Shown piece after piece: positions 1 through 9,462 of a stretch of 64,000 nt of DNA (its first letter is position 1; each line of letters opens with the position of its first letter). Location of the stretch: sequence record MG673519.1; one strand, given 5' to 3'. This DNA comes from Escherichia phage LAMP. The notes under the pieces are model-generated. The model was given only the letters and a program-made list of their open reading frames with translations. It ran no database searches and was not told the origin of the DNA. The position numbers and the translations under genes are program-made.

Positions 1-38
1 AGCCTTTCCCATACTCTTTTAAGGGGCACTAAATAAAC

Positions 39-98
39 GGGTAGTAAATGTATTGGGTAGTATACACGGGGCAATAATTGCACGGGATAGGACACGGG
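39..98. repeat. Short direct repeat array: GGGTAGTA(A/T)A x2 and CACGGG x3
   Basis: Read directly: GGGTAGTAAA at 39-48 and GGGTAGTATA at 55-64; CACGGG at 65-70, 81-86 and 93-98. Non-coding leader upstream of the packaging genes. Confidence 0.35.
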
Positions 99-240
99 AA
101 AAGTGGAACGTTGAAAAGGAAGGTAAAGGAATTGCCAATACCCATTTTTTAAATGAGGACTCCCCCTTTTTAACAATTCGTCGCAGAGTGCCTAGCCCCA
201 CTCGGTCAAATCAGAATTTTAAACTCTTATATATAAGCAT

Positions 241-450
241 ATGCCCCAACTTTATGCTGTGGATTTAAGCTTGAGGAACTATTTAATGAATCTAATTAAA
301 GTGTTTAGACGAATGAAATGTAAACACGATTACTATCCTCTTCGTAAAGCTTACGGGGATGAAAGAATACACGGGCTATACTTATCAACATGGAGGTGTA
401 GGGAATGTGGTAAGTTAAAGTTTAGTGAATGGATGGACAGACCGGGATGA
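241..450 (+). CDS. Hypothetical small protein with Cys/His pairs (possible zinc finger)
   Basis: ORF track, 69 aa, contains CKHD...CRECGK. No recognisable family. Confidence 0.35.
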   Translation: MPQLYAVDLSLRNYLMNLIKVFRRMKCKHDYYPLRKAYGDERIHGLYLSTWRCRECGKLKFSEWMDRPG

Positions 451-462
451 TAGTGCCTTAAC

Positions 463-508
463 GTGACATAGCCTTTATGAAGTCCCCTTTATGACATGCC
501 CTTTATAC
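463..508. repeat. Iteron-like direct repeats: CCTTTAT(G/A) x3 at 14-bp spacing, interleaved with GACAT(A/G) x2
   Basis: Read directly: CCTTTAT at 472-478, 486-492 and 500-506; GACATA at 465-470 and GACATG at 493-498. Intergenic between small plus-strand ORFs. Confidence 0.4.
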
Positions 509-554
509 TTCAGAGACAGCTACTACGTAGCGTCGTATTCAGAGGAGAAGAATT

Positions 555-776
555 ATGAATTTAGTATTAGACTTTTTATCAGAGGTTGTGCCTCGCTTTC
601 GTACGGAGACTTGTGCCTTCGTTAAAATATCCCCTGAAGAATTAGAATGCATTGGTCGTCTGGTTGACTTGGATGACGATGAAGAATTTGATGCAACGAT
701 GGAAGTTAGTAGCCTAGGATGGTTATTCTTCCGAGCGTTCACCACTATCAAACCACACACTTATAAGGAATACTAA
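555..776 (+). CDS. Hypothetical acidic protein
   Basis: ORF track, 73 aa; GAGGAG Shine-Dalgarno upstream of the ATG. Confidence 0.5.
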   Translation: MNLVLDFLSEVVPRFRTETCAFVKISPEELECIGRLVDLDDDEEFDATMEVSSLGWLFFRAFTTIKPHTYKEY

Positions 777-779
777 TTT

Positions 780-1211
780 ATGTTAGATTGTAAATATCAA
801 GGAGATGATATGTTAGATTTAATCCACACTACTCGCCCTAATTCTAAAACTAAAACACAACCATCTACTCTGGAAGTAATTGAATACGAATCTACTAAAC
901 ATGATCACCTCCCTGACTATGCTCGTGCAATGATTGAGATGATTGAAGAAGCTGAATATGAAATGCTTCATGATTACATCACCTCCAAAGATGAATGGCA
1001 TCGTGATGTTCGAATCGAAGAAGATGGTACAGAAATAATTACGTGGGTTCACAAGAGTGAGTTAGTAGACGACGCACTGCGAGACTACGAAAAATTTTTG
1101 GTCGACGGCTCTATTCTTTTAGAGGAAGAGAAGGGTGTAGAACTTCCGTGGGAGGGTGAGACAGTTGCTTTAGGTAAGATGTTTAACCTGTCCGTTGGTG
1201 ATTGTAAGTAA
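780..1211 (+). CDS. Hypothetical protein
   Basis: ORF track, 143 aa; AAGGAA upstream; tightly packed with neighbours. Confidence 0.5.
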   Translation: MLDCKYQGDDMLDLIHTTRPNSKTKTQPSTLEVIEYESTKHDHLPDYARAMIEMIEEAEYEMLHDYITSKDEWHRDVRIEEDGTEIITWVHKSELVDDALRDYEKFLVDGSILLEEEKGVELPWEGETVALGKMFNLSVGDCK

Positions 1212-1267
1212 TGTTTGCCTCCTTTGGGAGGCTTTTTGTGTTGTTGATAATGTAGAAGGAGTATAAA

Positions 1268-1741
1268 ATGTTTGGAGAAAACGGAGAACTCACACCTGCA
1301 CAGGTAGCTGAGATTACAGGAAGATTACCCGGAGTAACGGAAGAACTTGAAGGCCGTGGTATGAACCCAAGCAATGGGAAGTTTCAAAAGGGAAATAAAT
1401 TCGGACGACCCAAAGGTAGTAGAGGTAAACTGACACAATTAATGTTGGACCGTGTTGCTGCAAGTCATTTGTCTCCTGATGAAGTGTTAATTCAAATTTA
1501 CGAAGATCCTAATATTCCACCTGATCTTAGATTCAAGGCTGCATCAAAAGTTGCAGATCTGGTATATCCTAAGGCGGCCTCTGTTGAAGTTAAGATTGAG
1601 GAAGAGAATGTAGTCAACGAAGAATCACTGAATGCACAAATCAAGGACTTCTTGACTGGAGCACTTGGTATCGACGTTATGCCTCCAGAAGAAGACAACT
1701 CCGAGGACGCTGAAAAGGGGGAGGAAGCGGACGAGAGTTAA
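1268..1741 (+). CDS. Putative terminase small subunit
   Basis: 157 aa immediately upstream of the terminase large subunit; basic N-terminal segment (GRPKGSRGK) and acidic C-terminus; GAAGGAG SD. Assignment by position and composition only. Confidence 0.4.
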   Translation: MFGENGELTPAQVAEITGRLPGVTEELEGRGMNPSNGKFQKGNKFGRPKGSRGKLTQLMLDRVAASHLSPDEVLIQIYEDPNIPPDLRFKAASKVADLVYPKAASVEVKIEEENVVNEESLNAQIKDFLTGALGIDVMPPEEDNSEDAEKGEEADES

Positions 1742-1770
1742 TTAAAGGAAAGAAGGGGAGGTTCTTTGAC

Positions 1771-1796
1771 GAAGGGACTTTCCCTTTTCTATTTTT
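1771..1796 (+). terminator. Candidate intrinsic terminator or attenuator after the putative small terminase gene
   Basis: GAAGGGA / UCCCUUU stem with a short loop followed by a U-rich run TCTATTTTT. Confidence 0.35.
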
Positions 1797-1810
1797 AAAC
1801 TGGAGGAAGT

Positions 1811-3352
1811 ATGTCATTAGATAAACAAATTTATGAAGCTCTAACTGGTAACAACCTTAGTGTAGACGAAAAGAAAGCACTATTGAATATGTTGAAAGAG
1901 CGTGACCAATGGAGGAAGTATAATAGGATTTTGTCTTTCAAGGCGTATGACTTCCAAAAGAAATTTTATGCAGCAGGATTGAAGCATCGCTTCAGATTCT
2001 TGTGTGCAGCGAACCGTGTTGGTAAATCTTATAGCGAGGCATACGAGTTTGCTTGTCATGTCACAGGTCGCTACCCAACTTGGTGGACAGGGTATAAATT
2101 TAAAAGACCTATCTTAGCATGGGCAGTTGGTATTACAGGGGATTCAACAAGGAAGGTATTGCAAAAGGAGTTGTTTGGTACACCTATCGGAAAGGATACA
2201 AATTTATTAGGGACAGGTGTCATTCCTCGTGATGCTATCGTCATTGATACGATAGAACGAGATGGTAACAAACTTCAAATCGTACAAATCAAACATCAAA
2301 ATGAGAGAGGAGAATTTGACGGTTTAAGTACATTAGAATTCCGTTCAACCCAACAGGGTGAACACACATTGATGGGTGCAACAGTTGACTACATTTGGTT
2401 AGACGAGGAAGATCCATACGAGTCTATGGCTATATTCGCACAGTGCGTCACACGTACACTCACAACTAAAGGTCTAGTTACAATTACAGCTACACCAGAG
2501 AATGGTTTAACTGAACTGGTAGATAAATTTATGAAAGGTGAAGGAGATGAGAACACAGGTTCTCTATATTTCCAGAATGCTTCTTGGTGGGATGCTCATG
2601 TAGACCTAGGTGGACACATCACTGACCAAGATATAAAAGATATGACTGAAGGTATTCCAGCGTGGCAGTTAGAGATGCGTTCAAAAGGTATGCCATTGTT
2701 AGGAAGTGGTTTGATTTATGATATATCGGATGACATAATTAAATGTGAACCATTCGAAATTCCTGATACGTGGAAACGTGTCTGTGCAATTGATATTGGT
2801 ATTGATCACCCAACTGCTGCTGTTTGGACAGCTTACGACGCAAACACGGATACTATCTATGTCTACGACTCATATAAAGAAGGTGGCTTTACTCCAGTGT
2901 ATCATGCTCCAGCTATTAATGGTCGTGGTCAGTGGATTCCTGTCATCCTGCCGCATGATGCGGACAATATTGAGAAAGGTAGTGGTTCATCTGTTGCTCA
3001 ATTCTATAAGAATGCAGGGGTTAATGTACAGAGTGAGACCTTCTACAACAAAATTGGAATGGATGGTAAAAAGAACTTCTTTGTAGAACCGGGAATCACA
3101 GATATCCGAGAAAGAATGATGAGTGGACGCTTTAAAATCTTTAACACAGCCGCTAACGCTAAGCTATTCGAAGAGAAAGCTAGATATCACCGTAAGGTTG
3201 GTAAGATTATTAAAGAACACGATGACTTAATGGATGCAATGCGCTATTCAGCGTGTTCCGTTACACATCGTGGTCGCTCTAAGCATGATGCTAGCTACGG
3301 AAGCGCTTCTTTGTATGAGGCAAACGTAAGCAGATGGAATCAGAGCTACTAA
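1811..3352 (+). CDS. terL: Terminase large subunit
   Basis: 513 aa; P-loop-like motif (AANRVGKS) in the N-terminal ATPase region, acidic nuclease-type C-terminal half; GGAGGAAG SD. Confidence 0.9.
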   Translation: MSLDKQIYEALTGNNLSVDEKKALLNMLKERDQWRKYNRILSFKAYDFQKKFYAAGLKHRFRFLCAANRVGKSYSEAYEFACHVTGRYPTWWTGYKFKRPILAWAVGITGDSTRKVLQKELFGTPIGKDTNLLGTGVIPRDAIVIDTIERDGNKLQIVQIKHQNERGEFDGLSTLEFRSTQQGEHTLMGATVDYIWLDEEDPYESMAIFAQCVTRTLTTKGLVTITATPENGLTELVDKFMKGEGDENTGSLYFQNASWWDAHVDLGGHITDQDIKDMTEGIPAWQLEMRSKGMPLLGSGLIYDISDDIIKCEPFEIPDTWKRVCAIDIGIDHPTAAVWTAYDANTDTIYVYDSYKEGGFTPVYHAPAINGRGQWIPVILPHDADNIEKGSGSSVAQFYKNAGVNVQSETFYNKIGMDGKKNFFVEPGITDIRERMMSGRFKIFNTAANAKLFEEKARYHRKVGKIIKEHDDLMDAMRYSACSVTHRGRSKHDASYGSASLYEANVSRWNQSY

Positions 3353-3356
3353 AGTA

Positions 3357-3386
3357 AGGGGAGGTTTGTCCTCCCTTCTTTTATTT
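3357..3386 (+). terminator. Candidate intrinsic terminator after the terminase large subunit
   Basis: AGGGGAGG / CCUCCCUU stem (one G-U), loop TTTGT, then CTTTTATTT. Confidence 0.4.
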
Positions 3387-3412
3387 AAGCTATCAACCGA
3401 GGGAGAGAATAG

Positions 3413-5656
3413 ATGGCTAAGCAAAAATATAGTGAAGAGGTGTTGGACGAGTTACGTGTTGACCTTCAACGTCGTTTTAATTACGCTCAAGGTTACGTTG
3501 ACATGGCTGTTAAGGGCTATGCTCGTGAAGCTTGGGAATATTTCTATGGTAACTTACCTGCACCAGTAACTGCTGGCAGCTCTAGTTGGGTAGATCGTAC
3601 TGTTTGGGAGTCTGTTAACGGTACACTGCAAGATATTATTAACGTATTCTGTTCTGGTGATGAAGCAGTTATTTTCGTAGCTGATAACCAACAGGATTCT
3701 GATGCTGCTGACGTAGCAACTAAATTAGTTAATCAAATTCTTCTGCGTGATAATCCGGGATACAACATTATCTCTTCTGCTGCACAAGAATGTCTGGTTA
3801 CTCGTAACTCTTTTATCAAATATTATTGGGATGAGCACACTTCTACTCAAACTGAAGAAGCTGAAGGTGTACCACCGGAAGCATTGGCTGCATATGTTCA
3901 GGGATTAGAGGCTGGTGGACTCAAGAATCTGGAAGTCTTCACTGAAGAAAATGAAGATGGTACAGTTGATGTTAAAGTTACTTATGAACAAACTGTTAAA
4001 CGTGTGAAAGTTGAATATGTTCCTTCAGAGCAAATCTTTGTTGACGAACATGCTACCTCTTTTGCAGATGCACAATATTTCTGTCATCGTGTACGTCGTT
4101 CTAAAGAAGATCTGGTTGCTATGGGCTTCCCTAAAGATGAGATTGAAGCATTCAACGACTGGACAGATACGATGGATACTACTCAATCTACAGTTGCTTG
4201 GTCTCGTACTGACTGGCGTCAGGACATTGATGCTGACATTGGTACAGATACCGAAGATATCGCTTCTATGGTTTGGGTTTATGAGCACTACATCCGTACT
4301 GGTGTTCTAGATAAGAATAAAGAGTCTAAACTCTATCAGGTTATTCAAGCTGGTGAGCATATTCTTCACACTGAAGAAGTAACTCATATTCCGTTTGTAA
4401 CCTTCTGCCCATATCCGATTCCGGGTTCCTTCTATGGTCAGTCAGTCTATGACATTACGAAAGATATTCAGGATTTACGTACCGCGTTAGTTCGTGGTTA
4501 TATTGATAATGTCAACAATGCTAACTATGGTCGATACAAAGCACTCGTTGGTGCATACGATCGTCGCTCTCTGCTTGATAATCGTCCCGGTGGAGTGGTT
4601 GAAATGGAACGTCAGGACGCTATTGACCTGTTCCCATACCATAACCTACCTCAAGGTATTGATGGCCTATTAGGTATGTCTGAGGAGCTTAAAGAGACAC
4701 GTACTGGTGTAACTAAACTTGGCATGGGTATCAACCCTGACGTGTTTAAGAATGATAACGCTTATGCAACTGTAGGCTTGATGATGAATGCTGCACAGAA
4801 CCGCCTCCGTATGGTATGTCGTAATATTGCTCACAACGGCATGGTTGAATTGATGCGTGGTATTTACAACCTTGTCAGAGAAAACGGTGAAGTTCCTATT
4901 GAGGTACAAACCCCTCGCGGTATGGTTCAGGTAAATCCGAAACAATTACCAGCTCGTCACAATCTTCAAGTTGTGGTAGCTATCTCTCCTAATGAGAAAG
5001 CAGAACGTGCACAGAAATTAATTAGCTTGAAACAGCTGATTGCAGCAGATGCACAGTTAGCACCTCTCTTTGGTTTGGAGCAAGACCGTTACATGACTGC
5101 ACAGATCTTTGAGTTGATGGGTATTAAGGACACTCATAAGTACTTACTGCCTCTGGAACAGTATCAGCCTCCTGAGCCGTCTCCGATGGAAATCCTCCAG
5201 CTCGAGATGACTAAAGCACAGGTTGAGAATGTACAGGCTTCCTCTCAGAAAATGATTGCTGATGCATTCGACCAACGTGAACGTACTACATTTGAACAGC
5301 AGAGAGCTGCGGATGAGTTAAGTCTGCGTCAGGAAGAGTTGCAGTTCAAGCAAGAAAATGCAGCAGATGCTATGACTCTGGAAAACCGTAAAGAAGATAA
5401 CAATGCAACTCTGGAACAAGCTAAGCACAAGTTAGCTCTTATGCAACAGCAGGTCCGTCAGTATGAGTCTGTACTGAAAGAATTGCAGATGGTTATGGAG
5501 CATCAGGTAGACCAAGAGAAGATTGTTCAGCAATTTCGTGTTCAGGATAAAACTTTGGAACTCCAAAAGAAAGAAGCTAATGTAACTAAGAAAGAGCAAC
5601 AAGCCTCTCTCAAAGATTCACGGATTCCAGGCAAACGTCTTGGAAGTAAAAAGTAA
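3413..5656 (+). CDS. Portal protein
   Basis: 747 aa directly after terminase; size, position and C-terminal coiled-coil/charged tail typical of portal proteins. Confidence 0.8.
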   Translation: MAKQKYSEEVLDELRVDLQRRFNYAQGYVDMAVKGYAREAWEYFYGNLPAPVTAGSSSWVDRTVWESVNGTLQDIINVFCSGDEAVIFVADNQQDSDAADVATKLVNQILLRDNPGYNIISSAAQECLVTRNSFIKYYWDEHTSTQTEEAEGVPPEALAAYVQGLEAGGLKNLEVFTEENEDGTVDVKVTYEQTVKRVKVEYVPSEQIFVDEHATSFADAQYFCHRVRRSKEDLVAMGFPKDEIEAFNDWTDTMDTTQSTVAWSRTDWRQDIDADIGTDTEDIASMVWVYEHYIRTGVLDKNKESKLYQVIQAGEHILHTEEVTHIPFVTFCPYPIPGSFYGQSVYDITKDIQDLRTALVRGYIDNVNNANYGRYKALVGAYDRRSLLDNRPGGVVEMERQDAIDLFPYHNLPQGIDGLLGMSEELKETRTGVTKLGMGINPDVFKNDNAYATVGLMMNAAQNRLRMVCRNIAHNGMVELMRGIYNLVRENGEVPIEVQTPRGMVQVNPKQLPARHNLQVVVAISPNEKAERAQKLISLKQLIAADAQLAPLFGLEQDRYMTAQIFELMGIKDTHKYLLPLEQYQPPEPSPMEILQLEMTKAQVENVQASSQKMIADAFDQRERTTFEQQRAADELSLRQEELQFKQENAADAMTLENRKEDNNATLEQAKHKLALMQQQVRQYESVLKELQMVMEHQVDQEKIVQQFRVQDKTLELQKKEANVTKKEQQASLKDSRIPGKRLGSKK

Positions 5657-5665
5657 GGACGTCGA

Positions 5666-5902
5666 ATGAACATTAGGCATCAATTCAATAAAGAGCACGC
5701 CGCCGCTTTGGCGGCTCTCAACCTTAACGGCAGTCTTGACGCAGCATTAGAGGCATTGAAAGAGAGACTCATGACAGAAATAGTTCAAACTGAACCTCAT
5801 GAGAATAAGAAACGCGAAGATTGTTATCAAAAGTATAAAATGGTGGGTAGCTTAAAAGAGGTCATAAAAGCTGCTATCAATAGTGCAGGAGATGTTTCAT
5901 AA
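5666..5902 (+). CDS. Hypothetical protein
   Basis: ORF track, 78 aa; stop overlaps the start of the next gene (TAATG). Confidence 0.45.
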   Translation: MNIRHQFNKEHAAALAALNLNGSLDAALEALKERLMTEIVQTEPHENKKREDCYQKYKMVGSLKEVIKAAINSAGDVS

Positions 5903-6987
5903 TGCCACAAGATAATTATATTGACCCGAACGATTTTAAATCTTTCCTCCAACTGGATGACCTGAAGGGTTCTTTCAAAGAAGAACTTGGTCGATTAGAA
6001 TCTGAACAAGAACCAGAAGTGGACATTGACGATGAGTTCCCGGAAAAAGACGGTGACGATTTCGACTTTGATACCGACCTTCTCGGTGAAAGCAATGAGC
6101 TTAAGTTCGAAGATGAAGATGGTTGGGAAGATCGTGATGAGGAAGGCGAAGTCGAAGAAGATGGGGACAACTCTGACGAAGGTGATGAAAACGCTGAAGT
6201 AGAAGAGGAAGACTCAAGCGATGCAGGATATGAAGATGATTCTGCTGACGGTGAAGGTGAAGTCTTTGATGTAGACTATGAAACCGTTATCACCCTTCCT
6301 GATGGACGTGAGATGACTATTGAAGAACTCTCCAATGGCTATCTTACTGGTGCTGATATGGCTGAACGTGAGACTACTCTTCAGCGTCACATGGAAGCAT
6401 TTGAGGAACGTGTAGTAGGTTTGAAGGATGTATTAGAATTAGCGTCTTTAGAAGCAGACCGAGTAATTGAAGATTACAACGGTTTTGATTGGGACAAGCT
6501 TGCAGTAGAAGATCCTCAAGCATATGTTGAAAACAAACGTTTCCTAGAGAAGTATACAGCTCGTCGTAACCAGCTTGAACAGGCTCAGATCCGTATTAAG
6601 CAGGAAGCAGCAGCTAAAGAGCAGGAAGCTTTCCAAGCCAAGAGCATTGAATGTGTTAATATTCTGAAACGTGAGATTCCAAATTGGGATGAAAACTTAT
6701 ATCAAAACTTAATGCAATACGCAATTGACTTAGGTGCTACTGAAGAAGAAGTATTGAAGGAAAACCGTCCGTCTATTTTCCTAGCCCTTCACAAAGCATA
6801 CCAATTTGATAAAGGTAAGCAGCAGGTGATGGCTAAGATTAAACGTCCCGGTGCTCCACGCAAGGTTGTGAAGTCTGATGCTGCAAAGTCTCGCACTTCC
6901 AATAAGCCAGACAACGCTAAGGTTGCCAAGGCATTCGCAGAGGGTCGCGTTAGTCACGAAGACGCATTCAAATTCCTCGTAGATTAA
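5902..6987 (+). CDS. Putative scaffolding protein
   Basis: 361 aa; extremely acidic D/E-rich N-terminal third followed by helical segments; located between portal and capsid. Confidence 0.55.
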   Translation: MPQDNYIDPNDFKSFLQLDDLKGSFKEELGRLESEQEPEVDIDDEFPEKDGDDFDFDTDLLGESNELKFEDEDGWEDRDEEGEVEEDGDNSDEGDENAEVEEEDSSDAGYEDDSADGEGEVFDVDYETVITLPDGREMTIEELSNGYLTGADMAERETTLQRHMEAFEERVVGLKDVLELASLEADRVIEDYNGFDWDKLAVEDPQAYVENKRFLEKYTARRNQLEQAQIRIKQEAAAKEQEAFQAKSIECVNILKREIPNWDENLYQNLMQYAIDLGATEEEVLKENRPSIFLALHKAYQFDKGKQQVMAKIKRPGAPRKVVKSDAAKSRTSNKPDNAKVAKAFAEGRVSHEDAFKFLVD

Positions 6988-7028
6988 TCGACAAATTAAT
7001 TATTTAATAGTATAGGAGCTAACATAAC

Positions 7029-8090
7029 ATGGCTAATCCAACTTTATTTGTATCGTATGACCAGAATGGTAAAAAACTTTCTTTTGCTAACTGGATTTCT
7101 GTTCTGTCCCCTCAGGATACCCCGTTCGTATCTATGACCGGTAAAGAGTCTATCAACCAGACTATCTTTAGCTGGCAGACCGATGCATTGGCAAGCGTTG
7201 ACGCTAATAACGCACACGTTGAAGGTTCTCGTGCGGTTGATGGTGAAATGCAACCTACCGTAATTAAATCCAACGTTACTCAGATTCTGCGTAAGGTTGT
7301 TAAAGTTTCTGATACCGCTAACACCACCGCTAACTACGGTCGTGGTCGTGAACTGATGTATCAGCTGGAGAAGAAAGGTAAAGAGATCAAGCGTGACCTC
7401 GAGAAAATCCTTCTGTCCGGTCAAGCTCGTACCGATGTTCTGGCTGACCAATACCTGACTAACTCCGCAACTGATCCTGCAGCTGTTGGTCTGAACGACA
7501 CCCACGCAGCTCGTAAGACTGGTGCTTTCCAGTTCCTGTGTGCACACAACGGTGTTTCTGCTGGTGTTGTTAAGAAAGAAAATGGCCCTGCTGATCCGGA
7601 TACTGGTGCAGTAACTGTTAAAGTTGCACAGAATGCTTCTAACCCGACCACTAACGTTGGTTTTGATGAAGCTGATATCTTTGATATGACTCTGCAACTG
7701 TACACTGCTGGTTCTGAAGCAGATATCATCATGATCAACCCTGCTCATGCTAAGATCTTCGCTGGTCTGCAAGAAAACACTCAGGGTTCACGTAAGCGTA
7801 TCTTTGAGAACACCAAGCAGTTCATCTACGAAGTTAACAGCATCACTGACCCGCTGGGCCAGAACTACAAAATCATCGTTAACCGTTGGATGCCTACCGA
7901 TGCAGTTTACTTCTTCCGTAGCGCTGACTGGACTCAGATGGTCCTGCGTGCTCCGAAACGTACTGAACTGGCAAAAGATGGTTCTTATGAGAAGTGGATG
8001 ATTGAAATGGAAGTTGGTCTGCGTCACCGCAACCCTTATGCTTCCGGAGTTCTGTTCACTGCTGCGGGAAAGTTGGATCCGCAACAGTAG
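7029..8090 (+). CDS. Major capsid protein
   Basis: 353 aa; position after scaffold; GGAGC SD; C-terminus carries a slippery heptamer leading into an Ig-like ORF. Confidence 0.75.
   Translation: MANPTLFVSYDQNGKKLSFANWISVLSPQDTPFVSMTGKESINQTIFSWQTDALASVDANNAHVEGSRAVDGEMQPTVIKSNVTQILRKVVKVSDTANTTANYGRGRELMYQLEKKGKEIKRDLEKILLSGQARTDVLADQYLTNSATDPAAVGLNDTHAARKTGAFQFLCAHNGVSAGVVKKENGPADPDTGAVTVKVAQNASNPTTNVGFDEADIFDMTLQLYTAGSEADIIMINPAHAKIFAGLQENTQGSRKRIFENTKQFIYEVNSITDPLGQNYKIIVNRWMPTDAVYFFRSADWTQMVLRAPKRTELAKDGSYEKWMIEMEVGLRHRNPYASGVLFTAAGKLDPQQ
8066..8072 (+). other. Candidate -1 programmed ribosomal frameshift site (G GGA AAG)
   Basis: Heptamer in X XXY YYZ register in the capsid frame (codons GCG GGA AAG encoding A-G-K), 6 codons before the capsid stop. 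The -1 frame is open from about 8006 into the downstream Ig-like ORF. Confidence 0.55.
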
Positions 8091-8095
8091 ACAGT

Positions 8096-8608
8096 GTGAC
8101 TGTTAGCCCTGCGTCTGTAGAAAGTCTAGAGACAGGGGCTACTCAGCAGTTTACTGCAAGCGCTGAGAAGAGTGACGGTTCTACCGAAACAACTGGCTTT
8201 ACTTGGTCAGTAACAGGAGGCGGTTCTATCACTCAGTCTGGTTTGTATACTGCTCCGAGTGCGGCTCAATCCACTGATGTATCCATTACTGCGACTTTAG
8301 AGGGTGTTTCTGGTACAGCAACCATTTCTGAAATTGTTGATCCTACCCCTACTATTGTAGCTAAGGGTCCAATTACAGGTAAAACTGGTGGTTCTTCCAC
8401 TAACTTCACTACCATGTTTACTGTAACTAATTCTACTGCTGCGGATTACACGTTTGTTGTAACCCCTGCAGAAGCTGGTACAGTAAGCGCTGCTGGTGCG
8501 TTAACCTTAGATGATGCTGCAAGTGGCGAAGTTACTGTTCAAGCAAGTTTGACAGCTGACCCGTCCATCAATGCAACATGCACTTTTACTGGTGTAACAC
8601 CTGCTTAA
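8096..8608 (+). CDS. Ig-like (Big_2-type) domain ORF, probably expressed as a -1 frameshift extension of the major capsid protein
   Basis: 170 aa, Ig-like composition (TQQFTA...TWSVTGGGSITQSGLYTAP). Sits in the -1 frame relative to the capsid, begins 6 nt after the capsid stop, has no SD or ATG of its own (track start is GTG). Confidence 0.6.
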   Translation: MTVSPASVESLETGATQQFTASAEKSDGSTETTGFTWSVTGGGSITQSGLYTAPSAAQSTDVSITATLEGVSGTATISEIVDPTPTIVAKGPITGKTGGSSTNFTTMFTVTNSTAADYTFVVTPAEAGTVSAAGALTLDDAASGEVTVQASLTADPSINATCTFTGVTPA

Positions 8609-8625
8609 AACTAGACCCTGCCTTC

Positions 8626-8649
8626 GGGCGGGGTTTTTTCGTTTTAAGA
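8626..8649 (+). terminator. Rho-independent terminator after the capsid/Ig-like unit
   Basis: CCCTGCC-TTCG-GGCGGGG hairpin followed by TTTTTT. Confidence 0.6.
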
Positions 8650-8709
8650 CCTATACAAGCCAGTGTGTAATGTATATTCTTTGTCTACATATAACAAGGA
8701 GGACAACCT

Positions 8710-9462
8710 ATGGCAATGCCAGATGTTCAATACCCCATCAATACCTATGGGTGGCTAAAGAAGGCCGTGGCCCTCTGGGCAGATAGGGACGATGACGAAT
8801 TTGTTAATCAAATTCCAAACTTTATTAACTTTGCAGAGAAAGAGATTTATCGTAACTTACGCATCCCTCCTCTGGAAAAAGAAGTGTATTTAGATATTAA
8901 AGATGGAGTAGCTTACATTCCTCCTGATTACTTAGAAGCTCAATGGATGATGAGAGCCAAAGATGGTACAATCTTCCAAGTAACATCTCCTGAAGAGATT
9001 AGCTATCGTAGACAGCATGGAACAATTAATCCATCTCATTGGAATAACCAACCTGTTAACTTTGCTCGTTTCGGCAGTCGTTTCATTTTCTACCCTAGCA
9101 TCGAAGCAGACACTCCGTACTATCCTGATGATGGAAGTCCTTTGATTCCAGCAGAAAACTCAGTGATTCTTAGTTATTATGCAGACCCACCGGAGTTTCA
9201 TGAAGATACAGACACTAGTGCTATTCTTACTATCGCACCAGAGCTTCTTCTGTATTTCACCCTACGTCATGCTTGTCTGTTTGTTCAAGATGATAACGGT
9301 GTTCAGAAATGGTCAGCATTAGGAAAAGCTATCCTTGATGAAATGGTAGAACAGAATAAGAAACAAGAGTACTCAGGTTCACCTATCGCAATTCCGAATA
9401 ACATGACTCGACTTCAGAGCAGCTTGCCTGATATTTATGGTATTCGTACTTCTCGTGTATAA
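8710..9462 (+). CDS. Hypothetical virion protein (possible head-tail adaptor or tail component)
   Basis: 250 aa; AAGGAGG SD; position between capsid and tail fibres. Confidence 0.5.
   Translation: MAMPDVQYPINTYGWLKKAVALWADRDDDEFVNQIPNFINFAEKEIYRNLRIPPLEKEVYLDIKDGVAYIPPDYLEAQWMMRAKDGTIFQVTSPEEISYRRQHGTINPSHWNNQPVNFARFGSRFIFYPSIEADTPYYPDDGSPLIPAENSVILSYYADPPEFHEDTDTSAILTIAPELLLYFTLRHACLFVQDDNGVQKWSALGKAILDEMVEQNKKQEYSGSPIAIPNNMTRLQSSLPDIYGIRTSRV

Noticed and set aside
53-268. 71-aa plus-strand ORF (and antisense 60-aa ORF) at the left edge
   Set aside because: Covers the repeat-containing leader, has no ribosome-binding site and a low-complexity translation; more likely non-coding regulatory DNA.
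5916-6170. Ser-rich 84-aa minus-strand ORF inside the scaffold gene
   Set aside because: It is the antisense reading of the acidic GAx-rich scaffold segment; a compositional artefact.
6988-7028. Sigma-70-like promoter (TCGACA-17-TATAGG) directly upstream of the capsid gene
   Set aside because: The -10 candidate overlaps the Shine-Dalgarno sequence, leaving almost no 5' UTR; spacing makes it unconvincing without transcript mapping.
7044-7772. 242-aa minus-strand ORF (plus a nested 105-aa ORF) inside the major capsid gene
   Set aside because: Fully antisense to a well-supported capsid gene, with no ribosome-binding site or recognisable motif; the AT/GC skew of the sense strand commonly produces such shadow ORFs.
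8096-8608. Ig-like ORF as an independent GTG-initiated gene
   Set aside because: No Shine-Dalgarno before the GTG, the frame is open well upstream into the capsid 3' end, and a canonical slippery heptamer sits in register; frameshift extension is the more economical reading. Not fully excluded.
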